Of a stretch of DNA of 64,000 bases, positions 1 through 12,170 are shown piece after piece (position 1 is the stretch's first letter; every line of letters starts with the position of its first letter). The stretch comes from Octopus sinensis (lineage: Eukaryota). A program made the position numbers and the translations under genes. The stretch is from the NCBI RefSeq assembly GCF_006345805.1, contig NC_043009.1, forward strand, positions 9,920,001 to 9,984,000. The letters are read 5' to 3'. Below the pieces are notes generated by a model. It did no database searches, was not told where the DNA came from, and saw only the letters and a list, made by a program, of their open reading frames with translations.

Positions 1-154
1 GTGGCTGTGTGGTAATTGGCTTGCTTACCAGCCACATGGTTCTGGGTTCATTCCCACTGCATGGCACCTTAGGCAAGTGTCTTCTACTATAGCTTCGGGC
101 GAGACCAAAGCCTTGTGAGAGGATTTGGTAAACAGAAACTGAAAGAAGCCCGTC

Positions 155-196
<42 letters not shown>

Positions 197-425
197 ATGT
201 ATATATTTGTGTGCCTGTGTTTGTCCCCCCAACATCGCTTGACAACCGATGCTGGTGTGTTTACGTCCCCGTAACTTAGCGGTTCGGCAAAAGAGGACGA
301 TAGAATAAGTACTAGGCTTACAAAGAATAAGTCCTGGGGTCGATTTGCTCGACTACAGGCGGTGCTCCAGCATGGCCACAGTCAAATGACTGAAACAAGT
401 AAAAGAGTAAAAAAAGTAAAGAGTA
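1..425 (+). mobile_element. SINE family A (tRNA-like head, internal (TA)n, LINE-like 3' tail)
   Basis: GTGGCTGTGTGGTAA head, CCTTAGGCAAGTGTCTTC segment, (TA)n at 156-190, tail GGCGGTGCTCCAGCATGGCCACAGTCAAATGACTGAAAC plus (GTAAAAGA)-like repeats. More than 10 similar copies in the window. Confidence 0.85.
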
Positions 426-1003
426 TATGAGAAATTTTAACAATGACTACAGTCCAATAAACATTAGTTGTATATTTTTGTGTGAAACGTAACTGTCCTC
501 ACAGTAATGTTAAACAAACTGGTAGAATTTTTTTAAATAAGCATTATTTTATATCAAATCTTTACTAGTTTAAATGTTAAACAATGAAAGAAATCATCTT
601 CTACCTTTGATGGTAATAACTAAGTTTCTGAAGATGTGATTTTCAAATGAAGAATTTTAATAACCTATTTAAATCTCAGACAGCTCAAGCACAATACTCA
701 TGGTCCAAACTTATTTCAGGATCTCAGACCAGCTACTCAATATGTCTGTGCAACATACTGCAAAACTCACCTGAGAAGATGCCTTTACGATGATAATGCA
801 GACTGGAACACTATCTTGGAAGAGGTAGTGTATCTCTACAATCTTACATTCTCCAAACAAAATGAAGAGCCGTTTTCCTATCATTTTCTGCACTATCCAT
901 TCTCCAGCAAGTTTGGCATAATTACCAGGGATCATGACAGAAGACAATTTATCAAGAGCATCAAGAATAAGATAATTTACATCTAGAGTTTATCATTGCC
1001 ATA

Positions 1004-1228
1004 GAGCTGGCAGAAACGTTAGCACGCTGAGCGAAATGCTCAGCAGTATTTTGTCTGTCACTACGTGCTGAGTTCAAATTCCGCCGAGGTCGACTTTGCC
1101 TTTCATCCTTTCAGGGTCGATAAATTAAGTACCAGTTACGCACTGGAGTCGATGTAATCAACTTAATCCGTTTGTCTGTCCTTGTTTGTCCCCTCTGTGT
1201 TTAGTCCCTTGTGGGTAGTAAAGAAATA
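1004..1228 (+). mobile_element. SINE family B (Meta-domain-like core GACTTTGCCTTTCATCCTTTCGGGGTCGATAAA)
   Basis: Matches about 12 other copies. tRNA-like head with GAGTTCAAATTCC B-box; tail GTGGGTAGTAAAGAAATA. Confidence 0.8.
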
Positions 1229-1572
1229 ATATACAACAAAGCACTGACCTCCATTGAAAATACTGTACAGTCCATCATTAAGAAAGGATATTCAGTGTGA
1301 ACTACGAGTCTCAGTATGAACTACAGCTGTAACTCTCAGTTGAGAGATCCTCCCATTTAACAAGTGGAATAGTATGTTCACCAAAATGAAATACTCCAAA
1401 TAAAGCATTTGGTGGCATCTGACATGAAAGGAATAGTGCTTCTGGTGGCACAGGCCAAACTATTTGGTTCAGTTTAATTTTAGCAAAAGTTTGTTCACTG
1501 AAGCAGATTGGTATTAAAGCATCCTCATATGGAATTTGCTCACAAGTGGCAGAACTGCTCATTCTGCTTCAT

Positions 1573-2004
1573 GGTCTCAAGAATTTGTCTTATGAAGAAA
1601 GGCTGAAGACGCTCGACCTTTATTCTCTAGAAAAACGCCGCCACCGTGGTGATCTCATTCTCGCTCACAACATCATAAGCGGAAAGTGTAACCTCTCGAA
1701 AGAGCTGTTCTTCACTCCTGCTCCAGAGCGTCGGCTGCGGGGTCATTCCGAAAAGCTCTATCTGCGACGATTTCATCTCAATCGAAGGAGAGGGGCTTTC
1801 TCCGTCCGGGTTGCGGATCCGTGGAACAAGCTGCCAGACGAGATGGTGAAGATGCCGACGACCGCTTTGTTCAAAGTCTCCCTTGACCTCAAGTGGCCTG
1901 AACTCTTTACATGAACACCACCCTGTACATAACTCCATGTCCCCCTATATGGCCTTGCTTTTTTCTTTTTGAGCCAAAAAATTAACTAACTTAACTAACT
2001 AACT
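1573..2004 (+). mobile_element. 5'-truncated CR1/L2-group LINE 3' end
   Basis: ORF2 C-terminus GLKNLSYEERLKTLDLYSLEKRRHRGDLI...RRGAFSVRVADPWNKLP, stop at 1914, tail of TAAC/TTAAC repeats. Flanked by CAT/CAT; removing it rejoins the Helitron sequence. Confidence 0.9.
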
Positions 2005-2364
2005 CATCTGCCACAGAAACTTGCACTCAGTGACAGTTGTGTGTGCAATACTGGCAAAATATTCGGATAAGCAGGGGTTCCAAAGCAGGCCAAGCTAAAA
2101 GAATGAGAGGAGAGCGCAATGTCTCTCGTAAAATATCAGAGGTAATACCAAATCTCATGGGTGGGGCTGCAGTCTTGTTTTCTGGTGGTTTCAGGCAAAC
2201 TCAGCCAATAATTCCCAAGTGAACATTTGCCGATGTGTTGAGAGCATGTTTTTAACCCTTTAGCATTCAGATTAATCTAACAAATGTAATGCTTATTGAT
2301 TTACATTATTTTGAATTCATCGTGCACTATCACATAGTTTCGAGATTTCGATGATGTGACTCTC

Positions 2365-2748
2365 TCTCTCTCTTTTACTCTTTTACTTGTTTCAGTCATT
2401 CGACTGCGGCCATGCTGGAGCACCGCCTTTAATCGAGCAACTCAACCCCGGGACTTATTCTTTTGCAAGCCCAGAACTTATGCTATCGGTCTCTTTTGCC
2501 GAACCGCTAAGTAACGGGGACATAAACACACCAGCATCGGTTGTCAAGCAATGCTAGGGGGGCAAACACATTCACACAAACACACACACGCATATATATA
2601 TATACATATATACGACGGGCTCACAAGGCTTTGGTTGGCCCGAGGCTATAGTAGAAGACACTTGCCCAAGGTGCCACACAGTGGGACTGAACCCGGAACC
2701 ATATGGTTGGTAAACAAGCTACTTACCACACAGCCACTCCTGCGCCTT
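2365..2748 (-). mobile_element. SINE family A, full length
   Basis: Reverse-complement match to 1-425. Confidence 0.85.
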
Positions 2749-3191
2749 TAGTTTATTTTTAAAATGACATTGTAGGATAGGTGTGAGAGGCCAGATCTGA
2801 CTGATTTGAAGATAAAACAGGTAGACTTTTTTGGCCGGATATGGCCGGTTTGAATGCTGAAGGGTTAAAGAAAACAAAATTAGGAAATGAAGAAAAAAAC
2901 CCATCTTTCCACAAATGTGAGAGATGCATTTAATAGAGATATCTCAGCAGCCTGATTTGCAAAGGTCTTACTTCAGTTGGGGGCGATACTCAGTTATCAG
3001 TTCACACTAGTAGTGAAGATGGCAAGAAAGGCAAAAAAATTTATACAGAGAATAATCATGAATACACGTCTAGAAATGCTATTGAAAGTTTATTTCTCAG
3101 CCTCTTACTGAATTATAGAAACCACAAGCGGTTTTCCAAATAGGCCATCTTCGCTCCCAAAAGTGACATTATGTGAGATATTGATGCTACC

Positions 3192-3424
3192 TATTTCTTT
3201 ACTACCCACAAGGGGTTAAACACAGTGAGGACAAACAAGGACAGACATAGGTATTAAGTTGATTACATCGACCCCAGTGCGTAACTGGTGCTTAATTTAT
3301 CGACCCCGAAAGGATGAAAGGCAAAGTCGACCTCGGCAGAATTTGAACTCACAACGTAACAGCAGATGAAATACCACAAAGCATTCCACCTGGCGTGCTA
3401 ACGCTTCTGCCAGCTCGCCGCCTT
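3192..3424 (-). mobile_element. SINE family B with 15-bp TSD
   Basis: GATATTGATGCTACC at 3177-3191 and 3425-3439. Confidence 0.9.
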
Positions 3425-4001
3425 GATATTGATGCTACCATCATACAACAGGTAGCAGTCTAAACCAGATGACAAGTTAGTTCGTACTGTATTTGTTATC
3501 CATCCAACTGAGTTCCCCAATCCTCTTCAGCACATAGTTAAGAAGATTGAGACTCTGTATCTAGAAGCAGGAGCAAGTATTTTAACCAATCAGCATACAG
3601 CTTGGGCAAGGCATCACAGTTTGATGAATATGATAACAGTTGACAGTGACAGCACTTATTCATACAAACATCTTAACCAATCAGAGTCACTAATAGAGTA
3701 TTTGGCTTCAACCAGATATTGAGAAAAGTCTGATACTACGAACCACAGTCAAACCTTAAGTCTTTTGTTTTATTTTAAATGAAATTAAGTTCAAATTTGG
3801 ATTAATAATACTGTCAATATTTCTTTTTGTATTTGATTTGCAAGATTCTTTATGTGAATTTGTGTGATGAAGCATATTTTTTGTGTCTGGGGTGAGTCAT
3901 TATGTTTTAATGCCTTATTAATTAACACACTCACCAGCTCAATTTCCTGCATTGACTAATTGTTTCTTGTTTCTCATTACTTTAACCTATACATACATAC
4001 G

Positions 4002-4033
<32 letters not shown>

Positions 4034-4067
4034 TATACACACACATACACTGTATATATATATATAT

Positions 4068-7000
4068 TTTTTAAGTTTCAGCTCAGAGCAGCGGCCATGC
4101 TGATGCACCGCCGTTTTGCACTACACTGTTATTACTAGGAGCCTTCTCTAATATGTGGCACTTGATGAAGAATGGAGTTTGATATAGCTACCCTCATTTG
4201 CACCTCTTGCCGTGAGGTAGGCTCATCTGGGACTCCCGACAGGAAGAGGTTCAGCTTTGATTTAAAAACCCCTACATCTACTTTGTGCAAGTTCCTCAGA
4301 CTCTTTGGAAGAATATTAAAAAGCTGTGGGCCCTTGAAACCCAGGCTGTTGCAGTAACTGGTCCTGAAGCATGATGGCATTGTTGGGATCTTTGGCACTA
4401 TGCAGTGTCGTCCCATTTTGGCATTGGTGTAGCTTTCAAAACCAAAATTTGGCACAATTCCTTCCAGGATCTTCCAGATATATATTACTGCATACCTCTC
4501 CTGTCTTCTCTCCAGGGAGTAGAGTCTTAGCTGTTTCAACCTTTCCCAGTAGCTGAGCTGTTGCAAAGAGTCTATCTTCTTTGTGAATCTTCTCTGGATT
4601 GCTTCAAGGTCCACTGTTAATCTTACACTGGGTGACCATAGCTGTGAGCAGTAATCCAGGCAGCTGAGGATGAATGTCCGCCGGAGGACCATCATGGTTT
4701 CCTTATCTCTGGTTCTGAATGTTTTTAGGATCCATCCAGCCAGTCGTCTGCACTTTGTCGCCATCCTGGTAATGTGCACTTGGAAAGAGGTATCATCACT
4801 CATGTCGATACCCAGGTCCCTCACTGACTTAGACTCAGGGATTAAAATTCCCTGTGGACCGGTGTACCCTGTAAGTTTAATATTCAGTTTTGGATGCTGG
4901 TAGTGCAGGGCTTGGAATTTTTCAGCATTAAACTGCATATTATTATCCTCAGCCCATCTGTAGATTGAGTGCAACTCCTGCTGCAGGTGTGCAACATCAC
5001 TGGGGTTCTGTATTTTCTGTGAGATTTTCGTATCATCTGCATAGCTTGCCAGAGTGGCTATCTGGGCATTTGAGGGCATATCTGAGAGGGCCACTATAAA
5101 AAGCAGTGGTCCCAAAACAGTGCCCTGTGGAACACCGCTCACTATTTGTGTGTTCAAAGAGGTGGCTCCATTACCCACTACTGTCTGACTCCTATCTTTC
5201 AGGAAGTCATGTAACCACACTCCAAGTTTTCCAGCTATGCCGAGGTCATGCAGTTTGTGGCATATCATACCATGATCCACCTTGTCAAAAGCTTTTGCAA
5301 AATCAAGGTATATTACATCCACATTTGATTTGTTGAGTAACTGCCTCAACACCCAGTCATAATGTTGTAAGAGCTGGGTCAGGCAGCTCCTACCTGGTCG
5401 AAAACCATGTTGGGTATCACTTAGGAAGTTATTTTTTTCAAGGAATATAATTAGTTCCCCTCTGACTATCTATTCCATGACTTTGCTGATGAGTGAAGTC
5501 AGAGAGATTGGCCTATAGTTTTTGGCATCTGCTCTACTTCCCACTTTATGTATTGGGCATATTATTCCTTCCTTCAGCTTGCTTGGCAGTTTGCCATTTG
5601 TAAGAAAGCTCTGGAAAAGAATCTTGAGGGGTTTTGCCAGGGCATGTTTACACGATTTGAGGAGGATTGCTGGGAAACCATCAGGACCAGCAGTTGAGTT
5701 TGTGTCCACTTCATCTATGGCTAGTAGTACATCTTCGCTAACGTCAATGTATTCTATTGTAACTGCCTCGCTGGTTATAGGTGAGGCGGCAAAGAAGTCC
5801 ACTGGTTCGTTCATTTGTCTGTATTCCAACGGGGTGGTAAAGACACTTTTGAACTGGTCATTCAGTATCTCACTGATCTTAGTTGGACTGTCTGTGAGGG
5901 AGCCATCCTTTTGGAGGAGGGGTCCTATCTTGTAGTGCACTGAGACTGTTTCTTTCGCGTAATGAAAGAAGGCCTTTGGGTTTGATTTAATGTTTTTTAT
6001 AACCCAGGCTTCTTTGTCTGCTTTCTCCCTCACATAGGATTGTTGCAGCCTTTTTTCGATCTCTATCAGTGTTGTTTTTAGGCAGGACATTTCGCTGCTT
6101 TTGGAATGTTGGTTGAGTCGATTTGCAACCTTCGTCCGTCATCTCATGAGGATCTTCCTATCTCTTGCTCCTATTTGTTTTGGCCTTATGCTCCGGGACA
6201 TATTTCTGGCAAATGGCTTGCACAGAAGACATGAAACATTCTAGTTTCATGTCAATGTCTGGTGTGGAGAGACATTTCGGCCAGTCCTCTCTGAGGATCT
6301 CTTTTTGGATCGATTTCCAATCTGCTTTGTGGAAGTTCTGATTGGAGAGATTTCGGGTGCTTCCTTTAGGCTGTATATCTCTGGTTACTTTCGGCCCAAG
6401 CATAGACAGCTCTATTATGTTGTGATCCGAGACTAATGTCGGTGTCACTTTCACATCATGAATGATGTCCATATTGTTCGTGAAGCAGAGATCCAGAATG
6501 TTATTCACCCTAGTTGGTTTGAGTACAACTTGCTCCATGAATAAGGCATTGGTGAGGTTGAGCAGGGACTCCACCTGTGCTTACTTGCAATGAGTCATTC
6601 CTGAGAGTATGAGACCTTCGGGCCATTTGACGTTGGGGAAGTTAAAATCACCTATAAGAAATATGGTCATGTAGTGTTCCAGTTTCATGAGGATTTCTTT
6701 AATTCTTGTGAGGCAATCTTCAAACTGGCCTATGTGGTTTGGAGCATCCGGTGGGCAATATGTATTGCATATGACTATATTGTGTTGTCTTATGTATACA
6801 ATTAGAGTGTCACATACCGAATTTGAGTATGACAGTAAGACCTGGAGTGTGAGGTCATCACGGATGTATGCAGCAACTCCACCATGGCTCTTTTCCCTTC
6901 TGTCTGTTCGCAGTATGGCACAGTTTGGTACGTGTACTTCTGCATCCTCTATATCAGGGCTGAGGTAAGTTTCCATAATTTCTATGCATAGGGCTTGATT

Positions 7001-7090
7001 GCATGAAGTAAGATCTCTCAGGAATGAAATTTTGTTTTTATTATGATGCAACAGGCCCCCAATATTTAGTAAAAGTATTGGGGTGACGAC
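4068..7090 (-). mobile_element. CR1/L2-group LINE (LINE A): nearly complete but disrupted ORF2 (APE endonuclease + RT) with 3' UTR
   Basis: EN motifs LLNIGGL, IMETYL, GGVAAYIR, YCPP, LIGDFNFP (6581-7090); YRPISLTS; RT motifs YLDFAKAFDKV, SGVPQGTVLGPLLF, YADD; C-terminus YSLERR (4135-5352). Split into four ORF pieces and bounded by (TA)n on both sides. Confidence 0.95.
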
Positions 7091-7112
7091 TATATATATA
7101 TATATATATATA

Positions 7113-9075
7113 TAACTTAGATAACTTAGGTATGTTTCGACCAAAGATTGGTCCAGGCCATGTCTAACTTAATAGCACCACCTGATAGGATTATTCGAAT
7201 CCTGTTTAAGTCAAGTTTTAAGTCAAGTTTTGTTCAAGTAGTGAGTTCTTGTTGGGTGAGTTGTATCCAATTATGGGTGGCTTATCTGGTATTCTTTGAA
7301 GGAATCTATCCAGACTCCGTTTAAAGTTGATGGGATCCTTTTCCTCTCTGATCTCCCTTGGGACAATGTTAAATAGGGCAGGGCCTGTTGAGGAAAAGAA
7401 ATTATGTTGCAGTGTACATGTATGTTGTGATCTTGAATTGGGCAGGGGACGTATGGCCCGTGGTCCCAGTCTTGGATGAACCTTGAAGTTAATGTTAAGG
7501 TCGTTCGGGCAAAGTTGGCGGTATATTCTCCACATTGTACAAATGATGTACCGCTCACGGCGACGCTGGAGGGAGTAAAGTTTCAAGGCTTTAAGGCGAT
7601 CTCAATAATCGAGAGCAGCCATGCCTTCAATTCGTTTAGTGAGTGCCCTCTGGGGTGACTCAATTCTGGAGATGTTTTGTCTTGTATGGGGAGACCACAG
7701 TGGGCAGCAGTATTCAAGGTGTGGCCGTACAAAGGAGGAGAAAAGTGGTATGATGACACCTTGTTCTCTGGACCGGAAAGTTCTTAAGATCCAGGAACTC
7801 ATCCTATGAGCTATATCGACCTTCTTGTTGATGTGTGCACTCCAACTGAGATCGTCATCAACAATTACATCCAGGTCTCTGATATTGTTAGAGGCTGTGA
7901 GCGGTTCCCCTGAAGGAAGAGAGTATGGCTGTTTTAGTGAGGAATTTCTTCCAAAATGCATCAGCTCAAATTTTCCCTCATTCAGTTGCATTTTATTTCT
8001 GTCTGCCCATTGACTCACAGCATATAGATCAGACTGGAGTTGAGTTCGGTCTGCTTCTTCATTGACGATTTGCTGGAGCTTAGTGTCATCAGCAAATATT
8101 TTCACTTTGCAGTAATGTACGATACTGGAAAGGTTGTTTATGTAAATTATGAAGAGTAGTGGACCCAAAACAGTCCCCTGGGGAACACCGCTGGTGACTT
8201 TTGCTGGGCTTGAGTGGACTCCATCAACTACAACATGTTGTATTCTATTCGCCAGGAAATACTTAATCCAGTGTAGAACTTTTCCACAGATTCCAACATT
8301 TGCCAATTTTGAGAGTAGGATGTTATGGTCTACCCTGTCGAACGCTTTACTGAAGTCAAGATATATGACATCAGAGTTCGAACCTGTTCCCAAGGCTTTG
8401 AGTACATCTTCAATGTGATGTAAGAGCTGTGTTAGACAGTCCCTGCCACAGCGAAAGCCATGCTGATTTGCATGTTGGAGTTTGTGGATCTCCAGGAAGC
8501 CAGCTATCCTTGATCTTAACACTCTTTCAAACACTTTAATGATGTGGGAGGTGAGTGAGATTGGGCGATAGTTGACTGCGAGGGATCTGTTTACCTGTTT
8601 GAAAACCAGGATGACTGACTGGGATAAAAACTGTTTCGGTATATAACCTGCGTCTAACGAATTTCTCCAGAGGTTGGTCAGAGGGACTGCAAGTTGGTGT
8701 CTACATTCCTTCAGGAGACTAGCGGGGAATCTATCAGGGCCTACAGCAGAGTAATGTTTGACCTCATTTATTGCTGCTACGATGTCGGTGGCAGTGAAGG
8801 TTATGTCTGAGATTTGGGAACACTAAAGACAGAGCAGTATTGTTTCTGCAGTATTTCTGCCATTTTTTTAGCATCGTGTTGGGGAATGCCGTTATCATCA
8901 ATCAATGGCCCAATGGGTGAGACAGTGGTTCTATGCTTATTTGCATAAGAATAGAACACTTTTGGGTTCTGTTTGATGTTTTTGATTACCCACTGTTCCT
9001 CCACAGCTCTTTGATTTTCAATGGAGGTTTTCATGTTGGTCTGCAGATGAAGTTTTTCCAGCTCTAGTCTTTACA
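7113..9075 (-). mobile_element. Second CR1/L2-group LINE (LINE B), 5'-truncated, RT to 3' tail
   Basis: QHGFR, YLDFSKAFDRV, SGVPQGTVLGPLLF, FADD, LEYCCPLWSP (7602-8534); YSLQRRRERY (7218-7586). The 3' UTR ends in CTAAGTTAT-type repeats. A different sequence family from LINE A. Confidence 0.95.
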
Positions 9076-9142
9076 TGTATATATATATGTGTATATATAT
9101 ATATATATGTGTATGTATATGTATATGTGTATGTATATGTTT

Positions 9143-9320
9143 CATCATCATCATCATCATCATCATCGTTTAGCGTCCGTTTTCCATGCTAGCATGGGTT
9201 GGACGGTTCTACTGGGGTCTGTGAAGCCAGAAGGCTTCATCAGGCCCAGTCAAATCTGGCAGTGTTTCTACGGCTGGATGCCCTTCCTAACGCCAACCAC
9301 TTCGTGAGTGTAGTGGGTGC
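9143..9320 (-). mobile_element. Short retroelement remnant with (GAT)n tail, possibly RTE-related
   Basis: (CAT)n followed by CGTTTAGCGTCCGTTTTCCATGCTAGCATGGG...GGATGCCCTTCCTAACGCCAACC. Weaker similar pieces at ~44895 and ~49160. Confidence 0.5.
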
Positions 9321-9644
9321 TATATATATACATATACATACACATATATATATATACATATATATATACATATACACATATATATATACATATACATATA
9401 CATATACACATATATATATACATATACATATACACATATATATAAATACATACATATACACATATATATACATACATATACACATATATATAAATACATA
9501 CATATATATACATATACATATAAATATACATATACACACATATATAAACATATGTATGTATGTATGTATACACACACACATATCTAGACATGGAAACATA
9601 TATACATGCATGTAGCCGTCCATCCATCTATACATACATATTGT

Positions 9645-9980
9645 TTACTTGTTTTAGACATTAGATTATGGCCATGCTGGGGCATCACCTTGAAGGATTT
9701 TTAGTTGAATGAAGTGACACCCAGTACTTTTGTTTCTTAAAGCCTGGTACTTATTCTATCGGTCTCTTTTGCCGAACTGCTAAGTTACAGGGATGTAATC
9801 ACCATTTGTGAATTGGTGGCATGAGACAGACAGACACACACACACAATGGAGATCTTTTCAGTTTATGTCTACCAAATCAACACCTAGAAGGCTTTAATT
9901 GGCCTGAGGCTATGATAGAAGACATTTGTCCAAGCTGCCATGCAGTGGAACTGAACCCGAAACCATGTGGTTGGGAAGCG
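9645..9980 (-). mobile_element. SINE family A, diverged
   Basis: Degenerate match to family A tail, middle and head. Confidence 0.7.
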
Positions 9981-10642
9981 ATATATACCTGTGTACATAT
10001 ACATAGAGATATCCAAAGCCCTCCTGGGACCGCATATAATCCTTTTGGATCATGCAATGGTGGCAGTTTTCATTTGATTGTTAATAAAAATCACAACCTG
10101 AACAGTAAAACTGTTGCACTCTGTGTGTATCTGTGTGTGTGTGTCCATGCATGTGTGTGCGTGAGTGCGTGTGTGCACATACACACACACATGCATGGAC
10201 ACAAACACACACATGTATATTTCTACACACCTATAACATACGTGTGTGTGTGTGTACATGTGTAGATGCATATGTACGGATACATATACATTGTGTGTGT
10301 GTGTGTGAGAGTGTGCATGCATATGTGAGTGTGTGTGTGTGTGTGTGTATGTATATGTTTGTATGTGTGTGTGTGTGTGTACATGTGTACATGCACATGT
10401 ACGCATACATCTATATATGTGTGTGCATGTGTGTGAGAGTGTGCATGCATATGCGAGTGTGTGCGTGTGTATGTATATGTGTCTGTGTGTGGATGAGTGT
10501 GTGTGTGTGTATACATGTGTATATGCACATGTACAGATACATATACGTGTGTGTGTGTGTGTGTGGATGTGTGTGTGTGTGGATGTGTGTGTGTGTGGAT
10601 GTGTGTGTGTGTGGATGTGTGTGTGTGTGGATGTGTGTGTGG

Positions 10643-10682
<40 letters not shown>

Positions 10683-11113
10683 CAACATGGAGAAAATACT
10701 TGGCCACAGGTATGCCTCCAGCAAAGTAAAATCCTCCTTGTTGGCTGCCAAACAACATTATACTATTTGCAGTATGACAAAAGTGAAAGTAATGTTGTAA
10801 CTTAAGTATTTGTCTACATTTGTTTATTCCTATTTCTTTCTTTCTGTTTTTTTTTTTTTATTTCTTGCAAATTATCCAAATTCCAGAAACATATTATCCA
10901 CGTGAATATACTTTGAACGTATGAATTATTATACACATGACATACTTTCAAGTTCAATTCCTGCCCTGCAGCTGCTTGAGAAAAATGTGACTAAAGCCAG
11001 ACTAACCACCACCTCGTAAGTAGATCTTGGTGGTTAGAAACTGAATAGGAGCCCATTGCATGGATGGATACACACGCACACACACACACACAGACACACA
11101 CACATGTGCATGT

Positions 11114-11450
11114 GTATGGCTCAGTGGTTAAAGCAGTGGGCTCACAATCACGAGGTAGTGAGATTGATTCCCAGACTGGGTTGTGTGCTGTGTTCTTGAG
11201 CAAGACACTTTACTCCACATTGCTCCAATTCACTCAGCTGTAGAAATGAGTTGCAACATCACTGGTGCCAAGCTGCATCGGCCCCTTTGCCTTTCCCTTG
11301 GATAACACTGGTGGCGTGGAGAGGGGAGGCTGGTATGCATGGGCGACTGCTGGCCTTCCATAAACAATCTTGCCCGGACTTGTGCCTCAGAGGGTAACTT
11401 TCTAGGTGCAATCCCATGGTTATTCCTGACTGAAAGGGGTCTGTCTCTGA
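11114..11450 (+). mobile_element. SINE family C (tRNA head + CORE-like segment)
   Basis: TGGCTCAGTGGTT A-box, B-box-like GATTGATTCCC, TGTTCTTGAGCAAGACACTT segment. Confidence 0.7.
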
Positions 11451-12128
11451 AAATTGCAACTGATGATGTTATATTGTTTCTACTTATATCTTCTGATAGA
11501 TTGATATATCTAGAGAGAATGCATCATACTTTTGTATTCATCTGAAGTACAGGTAATGTCATGCAGTTACATGTATGCTTCGGTCACCCATAACATACTA
11601 TAATATATAAATACAAGTAACCATGCTGAAAACTGACTAGAAAACTTCAATAAATGTTTCTAGCAACATAGTTTTTCAATCTCTATCTTTCTAAAATGCA
11701 CAGTTTAAAATTTCTGAATAGAAATCAAATAATTATGAAAAACACACAACCCTAGTTTGACACGTATTGGACGATTGATTAATCAAATTTTTCTATAGAT
11801 ACTTTTGTGAACCATGAAACATGACAAAACTAATTTTCTCTTCGAATCTTACACCTCTGTGTACACAGTTACTTCCATGCTTGAATGAACGGTAGATAAT
11901 AACACAATACCTATATCAAACCAAACAAAATCTCCTTACAATAACTTTCTATCAACAGGCACCCTACAAACATAATTTTCTCCTTCCTAAACCTACATAC
12001 AGCAAGCCTAATTATCATTTCACATAGTTCGACCTACCCCAGAAAAGTAACTTGCCAAAGACTGTATATATATATATATATTATATATATATATATATAT
12101 ATAAAGCCAAAAGAACCCAAGTGTAGCA

Positions 12129-12170
12129 CAGTCTGACGATGGCTAACAAGCCAAAACTTCAAACTCACTG
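12129..12170 (+). ncRNA. Degenerate minimal hammerhead ribozyme remnant
   Basis: CAGT-CTGACGA-TGGCT(AACA)AGCCA-AAAC...CTC-ACTG. Stems I and II are intact; GAAA and stem III are damaged. Confidence 0.4.

Larger units (their letters stand above)
690..2255 (+). pseudogene. Fossil Helitron Rep/helicase (PIF1-type) coding fragment, interrupted by a SINE and a LINE
   Basis: Plus-strand motifs in Helitron order across frameshifts: HGPNLFQDLR (~700), DDNADWNTILEE (~800), Walker A-like ASGGTGQT (1438-1461), ASSYGI..GRTAHSA (1548-1568), LMGGAAVLFSGGFRQTQPIIP (~2155-2217), ADVLRAC. Confidence 0.8.
9076..10681. repeat. Compound (TA)n/(CA)n/(TG)n microsatellite blocks with embedded short retroelement remnants
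   Basis: Low-complexity tracts at 9076-9140, 9321-9640 and 10120-10681. Confidence 0.9.

Noticed and set aside
711-982. Minus-strand ORF with a perfect CAG|GTGAGT donor at 770/771 and a CTAG acceptor at 983, which looks like a 212-nt host exon
   Set aside because: The plus strand of the same bases encodes ordered Helitron motifs, and I recognise no protein in the minus peptide. Treated as an antisense shadow, although exonisation is not excluded.
1311-1562. 83-aa minus-strand ORF
   Set aside because: It is antisense to the helicase Walker A region, ends in a stop, and has no phase-compatible splice donor.
9225-9245. Minus-strand CTGATGA followed by an AGCC-TTCT-GGCT hairpin
   Set aside because: There is no GAAA or stem III after the hairpin, so it is not a hammerhead.
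9199-10800. Many long His/Thr/Tyr/Ile/Cys/Val ORFs
   Set aside because: They are translations of dinucleotide microsatellites. The same applies to 42408-43254, 48570-48936 and 50943-52743.
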